A DNA stretch of 64,000 nt from Promethearchaeota archaeon. GTDB lineage: Archaea > Asgardarchaeota > Lokiarchaeia > Sigyniarchaeales > SOKP01. The stretch is from positions 129,948 through 193,947 of the forward strand of contig JAEOTZ010000058.1 in the NCBI GenBank assembly GCA_016839585.1, written 5' to 3'. Under the pieces are notes generated by a model. The model was not told the DNA's origin. It made no database searches and saw only the letters and a list, made by a program, of their open reading frames with translations. The translations under genes were made by a program, and so were the position numbers. Below, one piece after another: positions 1 through 10,010 of this stretch; position 1 is the stretch's first letter; the number at the start of each line of letters is the position of its first letter.

Positions 1-36
1 ATTATTCAAAAATAAAAAAGAAATAAAAAAATTAAC

Positions 37-1290
37 TTAAGAAAAAATTTCCTTTAGTTCTTCAGGTACCTCATCTGATTCATCCATTAAGGAAAGAGCA
101 TAGATAACTTCTCCACATTTACACTCTTTTCCCTCAAATAAGTAAAATCTAAACTGATTTTTCCAATTGCAAATTTGAACATTACTAATATTAGCAATAT
201 CCCCACAAAGACAAAATATTGCCAAATTTGGCGAATAAGCGGGAATTATTGTCTTGAAATCTTGGGGTGGTTTGCTAAATTCACAATTATTTAACATATC
301 GTTAATTTTTTCCGCTAAGGTATCTTTTAGAGTTGGAATAAAACTATTTATTATTCCACTGCTCCCTTTCATTTCTGTAAGAACAATGAAATTTTTTTCG
401 CGCTTTTCTAATTTAGCTTTTTCTGGAAAAATTGGCTGTTGGTATTGCAGAAGGTTCTCAGGTACAGGAATTGTTTCCACACCAGGAGGATAATCAAAAG
501 TATAGAAAAATTGATTAGTACCTTTTATACTTTTATGGCTAATCATTTTTAGATTTTCATAATCTCTACTAGATAATGTAAATTTTATCAATTGAAGTGG
601 AACTTTCAATTCAAGAAGTTTTGATCTGACATTATCTAAAATTTCGCCTGCAAAACTTTTTAGAATCATAATGTCTTCTCTATTCTCTGCATACATCTGA
701 TTTTTATTTTGCTCTTTAAATTGAAACCATTTTTTAACAACACTTCCCTTTATCAATTGAGGAACCATACAAAACACACATAAGAGTGGGAAGAGAAAGA
801 AGAGGATTCCCTCTATAAATGATAATCCAATGATAAGAACAAACATAGGGATTAAAAGTAAGAAAGTTAACTTCCGTAATCGCTTATCCATTGATGCTTT
901 AATTCCTTTGCTAAAAGCAAGCTCTTCAGATTTAGATTTTAACTGTTTTATAGTTTCAATAATTTTCTTTGATTCAAAGCTTTGTACCAATAATTTATCT
1001 TCTTCCCCTGTTTTAAAAGTTGTCATGTGACTTCCTATTTGATTAAGATATTGACCTATGGCACGTTCTTTGTAGATAAAATCTAAGGTCTCTTCAGAAT
1101 AATAATCTAAAAATCGTGCTATAAAAAGTTTTTTCTCAACATCTTGGATGGCTGTTGGACTTAAACCAAGAGCTTCTTGAATTAGTTGACCCTGCGTTTT
1201 TCTAACCGGTTTTTTAGATATTTTCTTTTCTTCAGTTTCCACTTTTGAAGCTTCTGATTCTACTTCTTTATCGCTATCAGTTTCACTCAT
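37..1290 (-). CDS. Hypothetical membrane protein (2 TM, C-terminal CxC...CxC domain)
   Basis: 417-aa ORF; hydrophobic hairpin at about aa 140-180; CLC and CKC near the C-terminus. Confidence 0.7.
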   Translation of the reverse strand: MSETDSDKEVESEASKVETEEKKISKKPVRKTQGQLIQEALGLSPTAIQDVEKKLFIARFLDYYSEETLDFIYKERAIGQYLNQIGSHMTTFKTGEEDKLLVQSFESKKIIETIKQLKSKSEELAFSKGIKASMDKRLRKLTFLLLIPMFVLIIGLSFIEGILFFLFPLLCVFCMVPQLIKGSVVKKWFQFKEQNKNQMYAENREDIMILKSFAGEILDNVRSKLLELKVPLQLIKFTLSSRDYENLKMISHKSIKGTNQFFYTFDYPPGVETIPVPENLLQYQQPIFPEKAKLEKREKNFIVLTEMKGSSGIINSFIPTLKDTLAEKINDMLNNCEFSKPPQDFKTIIPAYSPNLAIFCLCGDIANISNVQICNWKNQFRFYLFEGKECKCGEVIYALSLMDESDEVPEELKEIFS

Positions 1291-1489
1291 AATCTAATCA
1301 AAATAAGAATTTTTAAGAAATATATACTAATAAATTATACTTGGATAATTAACTTTTCTAAAAATTCTATTAAATTTAGCAATAAAGCACTCTTTTAATA
1401 AGTTCTCTCCAAAAATTGCGAAGAATTTTCCTATTAGGAAATTTATTGTTAGTAAAGTTTTATTAACCAGCTCATTTTATTTAATAACT

Positions 1490-1996
1490 ATGGAAGTATA
1501 TGAATCTCACAAATTTAGAACTTATGCTTTTATTGGTATTATATTGTGTTTAGCAGTTTTTTTTATAACAATAACTATTTTGGCAAGTCCCGAGGAAACG
1601 TTGTTCCTAGCATTTATTTTCATGGATTGCCTTATTCTTATACCTCTTGGTCTCTATTCCTTTTATTTTTATTACACAAATTTATGGAAAAAATTTGTAA
1701 TTGATGAAGAAAAATTTGAAATTGTTCGACCACATTCAAAAAAAACAATATTATGGTCCGAATTTGATATTATGAAGCTAAAAGTAAAAGGGCGTCACTA
1801 TGGGCTTACTGAAGCTACAACCAGAAGAAGAGTTGATTTTAAAATACGTCTTTTTCATCAGGGCAGTAAAAAAAATCTAAGATATATACATTTTGCGTTT
1901 ATTAAACAATCAAATGGAGAAACTATTTTAAATGCAATACTTACGTATAGCCAAGATAAGGGTAAAGACGTAATTTTAACTAAAAGGTATATGTAA
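1490..1996 (+). CDS. Hypothetical membrane protein (2 TM plus possible PH-like domain)
   Basis: Two N-terminal TM helices followed by a FVIDEE...ILWSEF pattern typical of bacterial PH-like domains. Confidence 0.6.
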   Translation: MEVYESHKFRTYAFIGIILCLAVFFITITILASPEETLFLAFIFMDCLILIPLGLYSFYFYYTNLWKKFVIDEEKFEIVRPHSKKTILWSEFDIMKLKVKGRHYGLTEATTRRRVDFKIRLFHQGSKKNLRYIHFAFIKQSNGETILNAILTYSQDKGKDVILTKRYM

Positions 1997-2092
1997 TTTA
2001 TTTTTTTATAATATTTTTCTAAAAAATAGGGAATTACCCGATTTAGCTTTATTTAAAAAGAGAGTATAAAAAAATTAATTTTCTGAAATACT

Positions 2093-2332
2093 TTAGTATG
2101 GAACACTTACAACTTCTTTAACTTCTGGAACAAATTGCTTAAGAGCTCGCTCAATTCCCAACTTTACCGTTTGTTGTGAATAAGGACAGCCTGCACAATG
2201 CCCTAATAGCTTTACTTTTACAGTACCATCATCTTCCACACTGAGAAGTTCCACATCTCCCCCATCCATCTGGAGCTGGGGTCTTATTTTTTCGATTACT
2301 TGTTTAATCTTTTCTTTATCCATTATTTTCAC
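2093..2332 (-). CDS. NifU C-terminal-like (NfuA-type) Fe-S carrier
   Basis: IRPQLQMDGGDVEL and GHCAGCP motifs. Confidence 0.9.
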   Translation of the reverse strand: MKIMDKEKIKQVIEKIRPQLQMDGGDVELLSVEDDGTVKVKLLGHCAGCPYSQQTVKLGIERALKQFVPEVKEVVSVPY

Positions 2333-2505
2333 ATAAAAGTTTTATACATCTTATTATACAATATAAAAACTAACTTTTAAAGCATTTGTTTTATATTTTA
2401 TTAATCTTTATTCAGAATATTTACATTTGACAAGAAATTATTCAATAGGATTAATAAAACAAAAGTAATCAAATTTCATAGTGAGATCATCATTGAATAA
2501 TAAAA

Positions 2506-3318
2506 ATGAGTGGAATATTAGAAATGAGTGAAAATTATTGTATTACGTCAGAAGACGTTATAAAAACGGCTGTAAAAGCCTCGAAGAAAAAAAGAGAAGA
2601 TTTTAATGTGGGTCCTTATGTTATCCTATTTTTCTCTGGATCCTTGTTGGAATATTTAAAAAAAGAAGTAAATGTAGAGAAGATTGAATGGCTTGCTCCT
2701 TATCATCCTTATGCGGCAGGTGAAATGTTTAAAGGGAACTATCAAGGGATATCAATTACAGCTATTTCTCCACCAATGGGAGCTTCACCAATTTCTTCAC
2801 TAACAGAAGATCTTATTTCTTGTGGAGCAAAAATTATCTTACTTGTATGTGGTGCTTGGGGAATTGGAAGGAACGTAAAACTTCTTGATTATCTTATTCC
2901 TACACATGGAATTGGAATTGATGGCACCTCAATTCATTATGGAAGAGAATTAGATGAAGAATTAGAAATAGATCCTGAAATTGTTGAAATCTTGGTTAAT
3001 GAAACAAAAAGTCGGACAAATAATTATCATGTGGGTAAGAATTATTCTAAAGAAGCATTTTATACAATAACATGTGAAGAAATAGGTAAACTACAAAATA
3101 AGGGCGTGATTTCTATGGAAAATGGGGAATTAAATGTTCTTGCAACCATATGCAAATTAAAAGGAGTTAGGTTTGGTGCTATTTTTTATAGCTATTGTAA
3201 TTTACTTGAAGGATGGAAAATTCCATGGGGAAGTGAAAACTATAGAGAATGTGTGTATCTTGAAGCTGAAATTGTATTAACAACCATCAAAAGAATTGAT
3301 AGTATGAAAATAAGTTAA
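2506..3318 (+). CDS. Nucleoside phosphorylase (PNP/UDP family)
   Basis: PMGASP...EDLISCGAK, DGTSIHY and SMENGE motifs. Confidence 0.75.
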   Translation: MSGILEMSENYCITSEDVIKTAVKASKKKREDFNVGPYVILFFSGSLLEYLKKEVNVEKIEWLAPYHPYAAGEMFKGNYQGISITAISPPMGASPISSLTEDLISCGAKIILLVCGAWGIGRNVKLLDYLIPTHGIGIDGTSIHYGRELDEELEIDPEIVEILVNETKSRTNNYHVGKNYSKEAFYTITCEEIGKLQNKGVISMENGELNVLATICKLKGVRFGAIFYSYCNLLEGWKIPWGSENYRECVYLEAEIVLTTIKRIDSMKIS

Positions 3319-3388
3319 GCATAAGAAAAGATTTAATATTTAAAATATAATATTTAAGATATAAATAATTGTATGTTGTTATTGCATT

Positions 3389-3766
3389 ATGGATGAAAAA
3401 GAATTTGTAGAACAATTAAATAAAGCACAAGACTTAATGATACAAGAAAAATACAATGAAGCTATTAATTTAATTGAAGAGATAAAGGAGATTGAGAAAA
3501 ATAGTGATTTTAATTATAACTTAACTCATCGCCTTTATCAACTTGATTCAAACATTCATTCACTTTTTAATCAACAAGTTATTTTAAACCATATTAATGA
3601 GATATCTAAAAAACAGGGATCAATTTCTTTTCAAGAAATAAACTTATTAATAAAAAAAAGTACCAAATTAGACTTGAGTGATGATATTTTAAGGAGAGAA
3701 ATTGAATTATTAATTTTAAGAAACCTTTTAAATTGCGAAATAGATGGAAATCTATTGAAATTTTAA
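3389..3766 (+). CDS. Hypothetical protein, helical N-terminus plus PCI-like winged helix
   Basis: ISFQEI...IELLILRNLLNCEIDG resembles a PCI-domain C-terminus. Confidence 0.55.
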   Translation: MDEKEFVEQLNKAQDLMIQEKYNEAINLIEEIKEIEKNSDFNYNLTHRLYQLDSNIHSLFNQQVILNHINEISKKQGSISFQEINLLIKKSTKLDLSDDILRREIELLILRNLLNCEIDGNLLKF

Positions 3767-3851
3767 AACCTGTTTTCTAAAAGTTCATCAAAAATTCTCG
3801 ACTTTTATAAATTTATTTTTAGAATTAACATAAAACAGATTAAATTAGAAC

Positions 3852-4445
3852 ATGATAATTGATCATCTTGATAGGGTACTGGCTCTTAAAGTAGTTTATT
3901 ACGGTCCGGCTCTGAGTGGTAAAACAACTTCTTTAAAAGCTCTTTTTAATCACTTTGGAAAAAAAGACAAAGTATTCAGCATTGAAAGTACGCGTAAAAG
4001 AACACTTTTTTTTGATTATGGGACTGTACTATTCCAAAACGAATTATGGAAGATTAAAGTTCATATTTATAGTACAACAGGTCAGGATTTTTACCTTGTA
4101 ACTCGTCCTATTACTTTAAGGGCGGTGGATGGAATCATTTTTGTTGCTGATTCTCGAAAAATTGTTTTTGATCGCAATCTTATTTCTTGGAATGAATTAG
4201 AAAAATATTTCCAAGATTCTTTATTAAGTCTTCCGAAAATTATAGCCTTTAATAAACAAGATTTGCCTGAAAAATTTAATCCAGAAGTTTTTTTGGATGA
4301 AATTGGCTATAAAAATTACGAAAATATTGATACTGAATATACTATTGCAATTAATTCGGAAGGAATTCTTGCTTCATTTGAAAATATTTTGAGATTAATT
4401 TTCAAGGATTACTATGAAAATCAATTGATTTCAGCTATTAGTTAA
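3852..4445 (+). CDS. Small GTPase, MglA-like
   Basis: KVVYYGPALSGKTT P-loop, RTLFFD, TTGQ and NKQD motifs. Confidence 0.85.
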   Translation: MIIDHLDRVLALKVVYYGPALSGKTTSLKALFNHFGKKDKVFSIESTRKRTLFFDYGTVLFQNELWKIKVHIYSTTGQDFYLVTRPITLRAVDGIIFVADSRKIVFDRNLISWNELEKYFQDSLLSLPKIIAFNKQDLPEKFNPEVFLDEIGYKNYENIDTEYTIAINSEGILASFENILRLIFKDYYENQLISAIS

Positions 4446-4461
4446 ACCTTCAATGTAATAA

Positions 4462-5292
4462 TTAACTAGTTCTTAGTGTAATTGGTTTTATATCATCTTC
4501 TTTACCGAATGTAGGAATTATCCATAAATATAAACAATAATTAAGAGTTTTATAATATGGTTTAGAAAAGTTGATATGACCTAAATTCCCAGGGAAAAAA
4601 ACTCCTTCTCCATCAGTAAGATCCTTACAGACTGATTGACCTTTAGAATTAATAAGATATTGAGTCACAGCGTAATGCTTATCATCAATACAATAAATAT
4701 ACACTTCAGGGTAATTTGGATGCACATGAGAATAGATTTCATTTTCTTCTAGATTTACACTTGTTAAGACACCTTCTTTCATTGATTCATTTGGAATGTT
4801 TGTAAAACCAGACATGAAAAAACCATTTTTAATAGCCGTCCAAACAGTTCTATACGTTGCCATTTTATGTTTTGAGCCAAGTTCTCCTCTTGGAATAAAT
4901 TTTCCTAAATTAAAACGTTGAATTTCAAATTTTGCATCTACATCTTTCACTGAAAGGCTAAAAACCAGACAAATTTTATTTTTATTTTTTGGTTTAATTC
5001 TAAATTCTTTTTCAGGAGGTATAAAGAATATATCAAATTGATTTAAATCAAATTTTGCCTTATTATAAGTTAAAATTGCCTTTCCTTCTAATAACGAGCC
5101 ATTTAATACTTCTTTATTCTTTGTTTTTAATTTCAATTCAGAATCAAAATAAAAATATTTCAATCTAACATTATTAAATTCTCTTTCAATTGATTCTTTA
5201 GGATCGTCAAAATAAAAAGAATTCATTGTTGATTTCGTTAACTCTTTATTCTGAAATGAAGAATTGCCTAGCTCTTTCAATTTTAAAACCAA
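4462..5292 (-). CDS. Cupin-fold protein, IolB/KduI-like isomerase
   Basis: HVHPNYPEVY...GH cupin metal motif; TTG start. Confidence 0.55.
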   Translation of the reverse strand: MVLKLKELGNSSFQNKELTKSTMNSFYFDDPKESIEREFNNVRLKYFYFDSELKLKTKNKEVLNGSLLEGKAILTYNKAKFDLNQFDIFFIPPEKEFRIKPKNKNKICLVFSLSVKDVDAKFEIQRFNLGKFIPRGELGSKHKMATYRTVWTAIKNGFFMSGFTNIPNESMKEGVLTSVNLEENEIYSHVHPNYPEVYIYCIDDKHYAVTQYLINSKGQSVCKDLTDGEGVFFPGNLGHINFSKPYYKTLNYCLYLWIIPTFGKEDDIKPITLRTS

Positions 5293-5319
5293 ACTTTAAT
5301 TAATTATTCAATTGAACTT

Positions 5320-6531
5320 TTAAAAAAAATCAGAAGAAACTGGCGATTGAAGCCTTATGTTCCGTTGTGAATTATCAGATAGTAGAGAAATTAATGCTGA
5401 AATATTTTGCTTAGTCTCATAAACAATTTCTTTTTCTTCTTCTTTTTTCCATCTGTTAAATCCAGTTAAGTATGGAGCTGTTTCAAATAAACCTTCCATT
5501 AGTCCAGAAACCTTAACTGTTACACCCTGAAGATCTTCTTTTGAAATATTCTTAATTCTTAAGCGATATTTTTCTAGATCAGAATCTATAGAAACAATTT
5601 TATAGAATTTTTGAAATTTCGAGGAGATCCCATCAAATATAGATGGAGCTCCAGTATGTTCTCCAGAAAATAGATCCAAATCTTTTCTACTTTCATCAAT
5701 AGGTTTTGAGATTATTGTTATGGGTAATTCAAATCTAATTGGTTCCTTGCCATATTCTGGTTTCTTCTTACCTATTATTAAAAGAGACCACTCAGTATAA
5801 TCTCCGTATTTGAAACCCCAATACTCCTTTTCTGTGGGTTTCCATAAATAGTTATGACTTGATTCAGCAATCTCAGGGACTTTTAATAGTAAAAAACCTT
5901 TATCAATATTAGAAGTCTTAGAAACCCCAGCAATAGCAGGAGGAAGTTCTTCAACCTTCCGGCAATTTTGTCCATATGCTTCACAATAGCAAACCAAATT
6001 CGCTTTTTCCAGTAATCGCACTTCAATTTGTTTGAGTTCTTCAGAAGTGAAACTTATTTTGATTGTTTCACCGGGTTTAAAAACATCCTTTGTAAGAAGC
6101 ACATTTAAGCCAGAAATTGAAAATGAGATTGGTTTAGGTGTTTTAGCTTGAAGACCTGATTCTTTTGCTTTTATTTCAATATCATGAGTTTTATTAATAA
6201 CAAAATCATCTTCTGGATTAAGAGGATGTGGTTGTCTTAAAATTAGTTTAATAATATAATTTAAATTTCTATTTTTTATACTAGGAACAACATTATTTTT
6301 TATCAATAACGACTTGTTTCTTATGTATCTACCTGCTTCAAATTTTCCCTTTGAAAATATTTCTTCTTTTGAAATATGAAGCTCTTTAGCACAAGGAGGA
6401 TTAGTAATTAATCTAATACCACTCCATAAAATAGAGGTATCTTCCTCAAAAGTAAATATGGTCCTAATATTTAATTTATCTCCAATAAATACAGAACCAT
6501 TATTTAAATCAGTTAACTCTAATTTTACCAA
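5320..6531 (-). CDS. Arrestin/Vps26-like beta-sandwich protein with extra C-terminal module
   Basis: Two arrestin-like units (VFIGDKLNI; LLTKDVFKPGETIKI...FELPITII) plus a ~95-aa C-terminal domain. Confidence 0.6.
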   Translation of the reverse strand: MVKLELTDLNNGSVFIGDKLNIRTIFTFEEDTSILWSGIRLITNPPCAKELHISKEEIFSKGKFEAGRYIRNKSLLIKNNVVPSIKNRNLNYIIKLILRQPHPLNPEDDFVINKTHDIEIKAKESGLQAKTPKPISFSISGLNVLLTKDVFKPGETIKISFTSEELKQIEVRLLEKANLVCYCEAYGQNCRKVEELPPAIAGVSKTSNIDKGFLLLKVPEIAESSHNYLWKPTEKEYWGFKYGDYTEWSLLIIGKKKPEYGKEPIRFELPITIISKPIDESRKDLDLFSGEHTGAPSIFDGISSKFQKFYKIVSIDSDLEKYRLRIKNISKEDLQGVTVKVSGLMEGLFETAPYLTGFNRWKKEEEKEIVYETKQNISALISLLSDNSQRNIRLQSPVSSDFF

Positions 6532-6623
6532 GTCTAGATTAATTTAATGAAGTGTTTTATATTAATTTTATAAAAGGATGAGATTTTATTAAAAACTTAT
6601 TATTAGTTGTTAAGATTTAAAGA

Positions 6624-6663
6624 TTTCGTAAATATTTTTCATAAATATTTCGTAAATATTTTT
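6624..6663. repeat. Three tandem TTTCRTAAATAT units in a divergent promoter
   Basis: tttcgtaaatat tt ttcataaatat ttcgtaaatat. Confidence 0.6.
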
Positions 6664-6778
6664 TATTGTTCATTTTTTATAAAATTAGTTTACTCATTTT
6701 CACGAAAAAGATAATAAGTAAATATTATAAGTTAGTTTTTATAATTACAATTAATAAGAGTTTAAAAATGGTAGAACA

Positions 6779-7501
6779 ATGAAGGAAAGTATGGATAGTC
6801 AAATAAAAGCTATTCTCTTTGATTTAGATGGCACTTTACTTGAGGTTAATTTAGATTTGTTTATATCCCACTATTTAAAGTTATTGGCTCAAAGTGTAGC
6901 TCATATTATCTCGCCTAAAAAGTTTATTGCCAAAATTCAAAAAGCCTCTAAAGCTGTCGAAGAAAATGATGGTCTTAAAACTAATATAGAAATTTATATT
7001 GATGCTTTTTTTCCATTAGAAGGTCATTCTCATGAGGAAATTGAACCATTTTTCGAAAAATTCTATGAAAAAGGTTTTTCTAATTTACGTCAATATACAC
7101 GTAGGAAACCAGAAGCTAGGAAAGTCATTCAAACTGCTTTTAATAAGGGATACGATGTAGTAATTGCTACTACTCCCTTACTTCCTTTAACGGCTATTGA
7201 ACAAAGATTGGAATGGGCTGGAGTGCCAGCAGAAGATTTTCCTTATCGGTTAATAACTACAATTGAAAACAGTAGAGCCACTAAATCGCTAACAAATCTG
7301 CATTACTATGAGAAGATTCTAAAAACCATTGGATATCCTGCTGAATCATGTTTGATGGTGGGTGATGAGGATAAGGATCTGATTGCTGGACAATTAGGAA
7401 TGCAAACTTTTCTTATTCTTAATTCTAACAAAGAATCAAATCAAAATAAGATGGAGCCTACATATAAGGGGGAATTAATAGATTTGTTAGATTTGCTATA
7501 A
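6779..7501 (+). CDS. HAD-family hydrolase
   Basis: FDLDGTL motif I; MVGDEDKD motif IV. Confidence 0.9.
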   Translation: MKESMDSQIKAILFDLDGTLLEVNLDLFISHYLKLLAQSVAHIISPKKFIAKIQKASKAVEENDGLKTNIEIYIDAFFPLEGHSHEEIEPFFEKFYEKGFSNLRQYTRRKPEARKVIQTAFNKGYDVVIATTPLLPLTAIEQRLEWAGVPAEDFPYRLITTIENSRATKSLTNLHYYEKILKTIGYPAESCLMVGDEDKDLIAGQLGMQTFLILNSNKESNQNKMEPTYKGELIDLLDLL

Positions 7502-7503
7502 AA

Positions 7504-7668
7504 TTAATCTTTCCATGTATATTCAAGTTTACTCATATTATAAATCTGGGAAGGATCTTCCATTAATATTTTAGCTAAACACTTAGCACAATAATAAGAT
7601 TCTTTTCTCCTGTCTTTAAAAAAACACATAAATAACCTTTGGTTTTGCAAACAACCTTCGCACCTCAT
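7504..7668 (-). CDS. Small CxxC-CxxC zinc-finger protein (54 aa, not in ORF track)
   Basis: Manual translation: MRCEGCLQNQRLFMCFFKDRRKESYYCAKCLAKILMEDPSQIYNMSKLEYTWKD*. Confidence 0.7.
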   Translation of the reverse strand: MRCEGCLQNQRLFMCFFKDRRKESYYCAKCLAKILMEDPSQIYNMSKLEYTWKD

Positions 7669-7758
7669 TTTTCTATCTCACTAAAAATTATTACTAAAGA
7701 AATGAAAAATATTATTATTAAATTAAAAATAATTTTTCCTTCTATATCTTTTTCTGAA

Positions 7759-8349
7759 TCAATCTTTCGATTTAACCACCATTTTATTTATCTCATTATA
7801 TCTAAAACAATCAACTACATGGTCGTTAACGATCCCAACTGCCTCCATAAAGCTATATATTATCGTAGGACCAACAAATTTAAAACCTCGTTTTTTTAAA
7901 TCTTTACTCATGAGCTCAGATTGTTCAGTTTTCGAGGGCAGTTCTGATAACTCCTTGAATTTATTTATTATTGGTTTGTGATTAACAAATTTCCAAATAT
8001 ACTTATCAAATGATCCAAATTCCTTTTGCACTTCCAGAAACGCCCTAGCATTTGCTATTACAGCATTTACTTTTAATCGGTTTCTTATAATACCTTCATT
8101 ATTCATTAGTTCTTCGATTTTCTGATTATTATATTGCGTAATTTTCTTTGCATCAAAATTATCAAATGCTTTTCTGAAGTTCTCTCTTTTCTGTAAAATG
8201 GTGCTCCAACTTAATCCTGCTTGAGCTCCTTCTAATATTAAAAATTCAAAAAGAAGTCGATCATTATGAATAGGAGTTCCCCATTCAGTATCATGATATT
8301 TCTTCATAGCGGCACTATTAGCCCATCTACATCTAAATCTATCCACCAT
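7759..8349 (-). CDS. tag: DNA-3-methyladenine glycosylase I
   Basis: RCRWA, YHDTEWG, LEGAQAGLSW, FKFVGPT and NDHVVDCF motifs; start probably ATG 8349 (ORF is open to 8397). Confidence 0.95.
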   Translation of the reverse strand: MVDRFRCRWANSAAMKKYHDTEWGTPIHNDRLLFEFLILEGAQAGLSWSTILQKRENFRKAFDNFDAKKITQYNNQKIEELMNNEGIIRNRLKVNAVIANARAFLEVQKEFGSFDKYIWKFVNHKPIINKFKELSELPSKTEQSELMSKDLKKRGFKFVGPTIIYSFMEAVGIVNDHVVDCFRYNEINKMVVKSKD

Positions 8350-8482
8350 TGTATTCATATTCTGTTCGTATAACATATATTTTTTATTATTCAACAAAAA
8401 AAAATTGGACTACAATTTTTATTAATTATAGAAAATATTGCTTTAATTAATAATATAAAAAATTAATAAAAGGTGTGAACTT

Positions 8483-8944
8483 TTGACTAAAATTTGGATT
8501 GTTTATAATACTAAACATGGAAATTGTGGTAAATGGTGCGAAGAAGTAGAAACAAAACTGCAAGAAAAATATGAGGTAAAAATAAATAGTGTAAAAGAGA
8601 TTACTCCTAACGACGTAGCAAATGATCCACCTGATATGCTAATTGTTGGTGCTCGTATCGTAGTAGGAAGCCCTGATAAAAAGATTAAAGGTTTTGTAAA
8701 AAAACTTGGTGGACTTCTGAAGGAACCAATCCCAAAAGCAGCGATTCTTTATACACATGGCTCTCCCTGGAATGAAACGTTCAATAAAATGGAAGCAATC
8801 TTAAAAGAAAACAATGTTGTAGATGATATTCTTCCAGAGATATTAGAAATAAAGATGGAAGGAATAAAGGGACCTGCTGAACCAGATCAAGATTATAAGG
8901 TAAGTAAATTTATCGATAATGTTTCTTACTTTGTTGAAAGGTAA
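8483..8944 (+). CDS. Flavodoxin-like protein
   Basis: IWIVYNTKHGNC flavodoxin loop; LIVGA. Confidence 0.75.
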   Translation: MTKIWIVYNTKHGNCGKWCEEVETKLQEKYEVKINSVKEITPNDVANDPPDMLIVGARIVVGSPDKKIKGFVKKLGGLLKEPIPKAAILYTHGSPWNETFNKMEAILKENNVVDDILPEILEIKMEGIKGPAEPDQDYKVSKFIDNVSYFVER

Positions 8945-9007
8945 ATAAATGTTGATTAAATACCTTGAAAATAAAGAAATATAAAAAATAGAATTAAATT
9001 TTTTTAT

Positions 9008-9916
9008 TTATTCTGTATGAGCTGAAATAATTAAATCAGCAAAAAGCTTCATATCGTTTAATAATGTATTCAATTTATCTTGTGAATCTCTATCAAGTTC
9101 CTTACTTTTCATAACAAGCACAGAAATTATATACTTGAAAATATGTAGTTCAACTTCCTTTCCATCCTCATTTCTACCATTAAAATCTGCAGAATCTGAC
9201 ATAAAAATATTTTCTCGAACTGCATTACAAGCATTAATGAAATCTCTTAAATCACCTCGTAATGTTAATCCACTACTCACTCCTTGAACATTATGAACTA
9301 TAACATTTCCTGAAATATCTGCAATTATAACTTTAGCTTTAATTTCGTCAAGTTGGGTTTCTGCTTTTTCTACATGAGACTTCAAATCAGCATAAGATGA
9401 GAGTAAAATGTCCCTAAATACCTTCGCTAATTCATCTTGTAAATATATACTTGTTAATTTATAGTCAAACTCATAATCTTTGAAAAGATCTAAAAACATA
9501 TCTTTCGCTTTTTTAACATTCGTGTCAAGGAGCTCCTTCTGAAAATCTTGTGTATCATATTTGTGAAGAAAGAGAAAAATTGTTGGTTTTTCATTACTTT
9601 TTCGATAAATATCTAATAATCCTATGAAATATTCCTTTGCTTGCTCAAAACTATTAGGATCATGTAAATCTACGATAGGAATAAGAATATCTGTGCCTCG
9701 AAAAATTTCAGGTTTTTCCATGTATTCTTTTCGATATTGTTCTTGACCTCCAAAATCAAAAATGCCAACTTGTAAACCTAAGAACGGATGGCGTCTTGTT
9801 TCATATAATATAGTCGGAGACAGACCTTTTGTTTCTTCTGCGCTCTTTTCTGCAAATGCCACAGAATATAGGCTCGTTTTCCCACTCCCAGATAAACCGA
9901 CTAATGAAATTTTCAA
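9008..9916 (-). CDS. Rag/Gtr-like small GTPase with C-terminal roadblock-like domain
   Basis: GLSGSGKTS, DFGGQ and LHKYD motifs; C-terminal VIIADISGNVI roadblock-like strand. Confidence 0.8.
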   Translation of the reverse strand: MKISLVGLSGSGKTSLYSVAFAEKSAEETKGLSPTILYETRRHPFLGLQVGIFDFGGQEQYRKEYMEKPEIFRGTDILIPIVDLHDPNSFEQAKEYFIGLLDIYRKSNEKPTIFLFLHKYDTQDFQKELLDTNVKKAKDMFLDLFKDYEFDYKLTSIYLQDELAKVFRDILLSSYADLKSHVEKAETQLDEIKAKVIIADISGNVIVHNVQGVSSGLTLRGDLRDFINACNAVRENIFMSDSADFNGRNEDGKEVELHIFKYIISVLVMKSKELDRDSQDKLNTLLNDMKLFADLIISAHTE

Positions 9917-10010
9917 CTTGGTTCAACCTTTTTTATTGTTTCTTTCTTTATTAATAAATTTTATAATTTTTTATTTCATTTAACTTTTTTAAAAAAAATT
10001 GCATTTTTTT

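Noticed and set aside
6624-6663. Short repeats as a CRISPR array
   Set aside because: Units are ~12 bp with no spacers, and no cas genes are present
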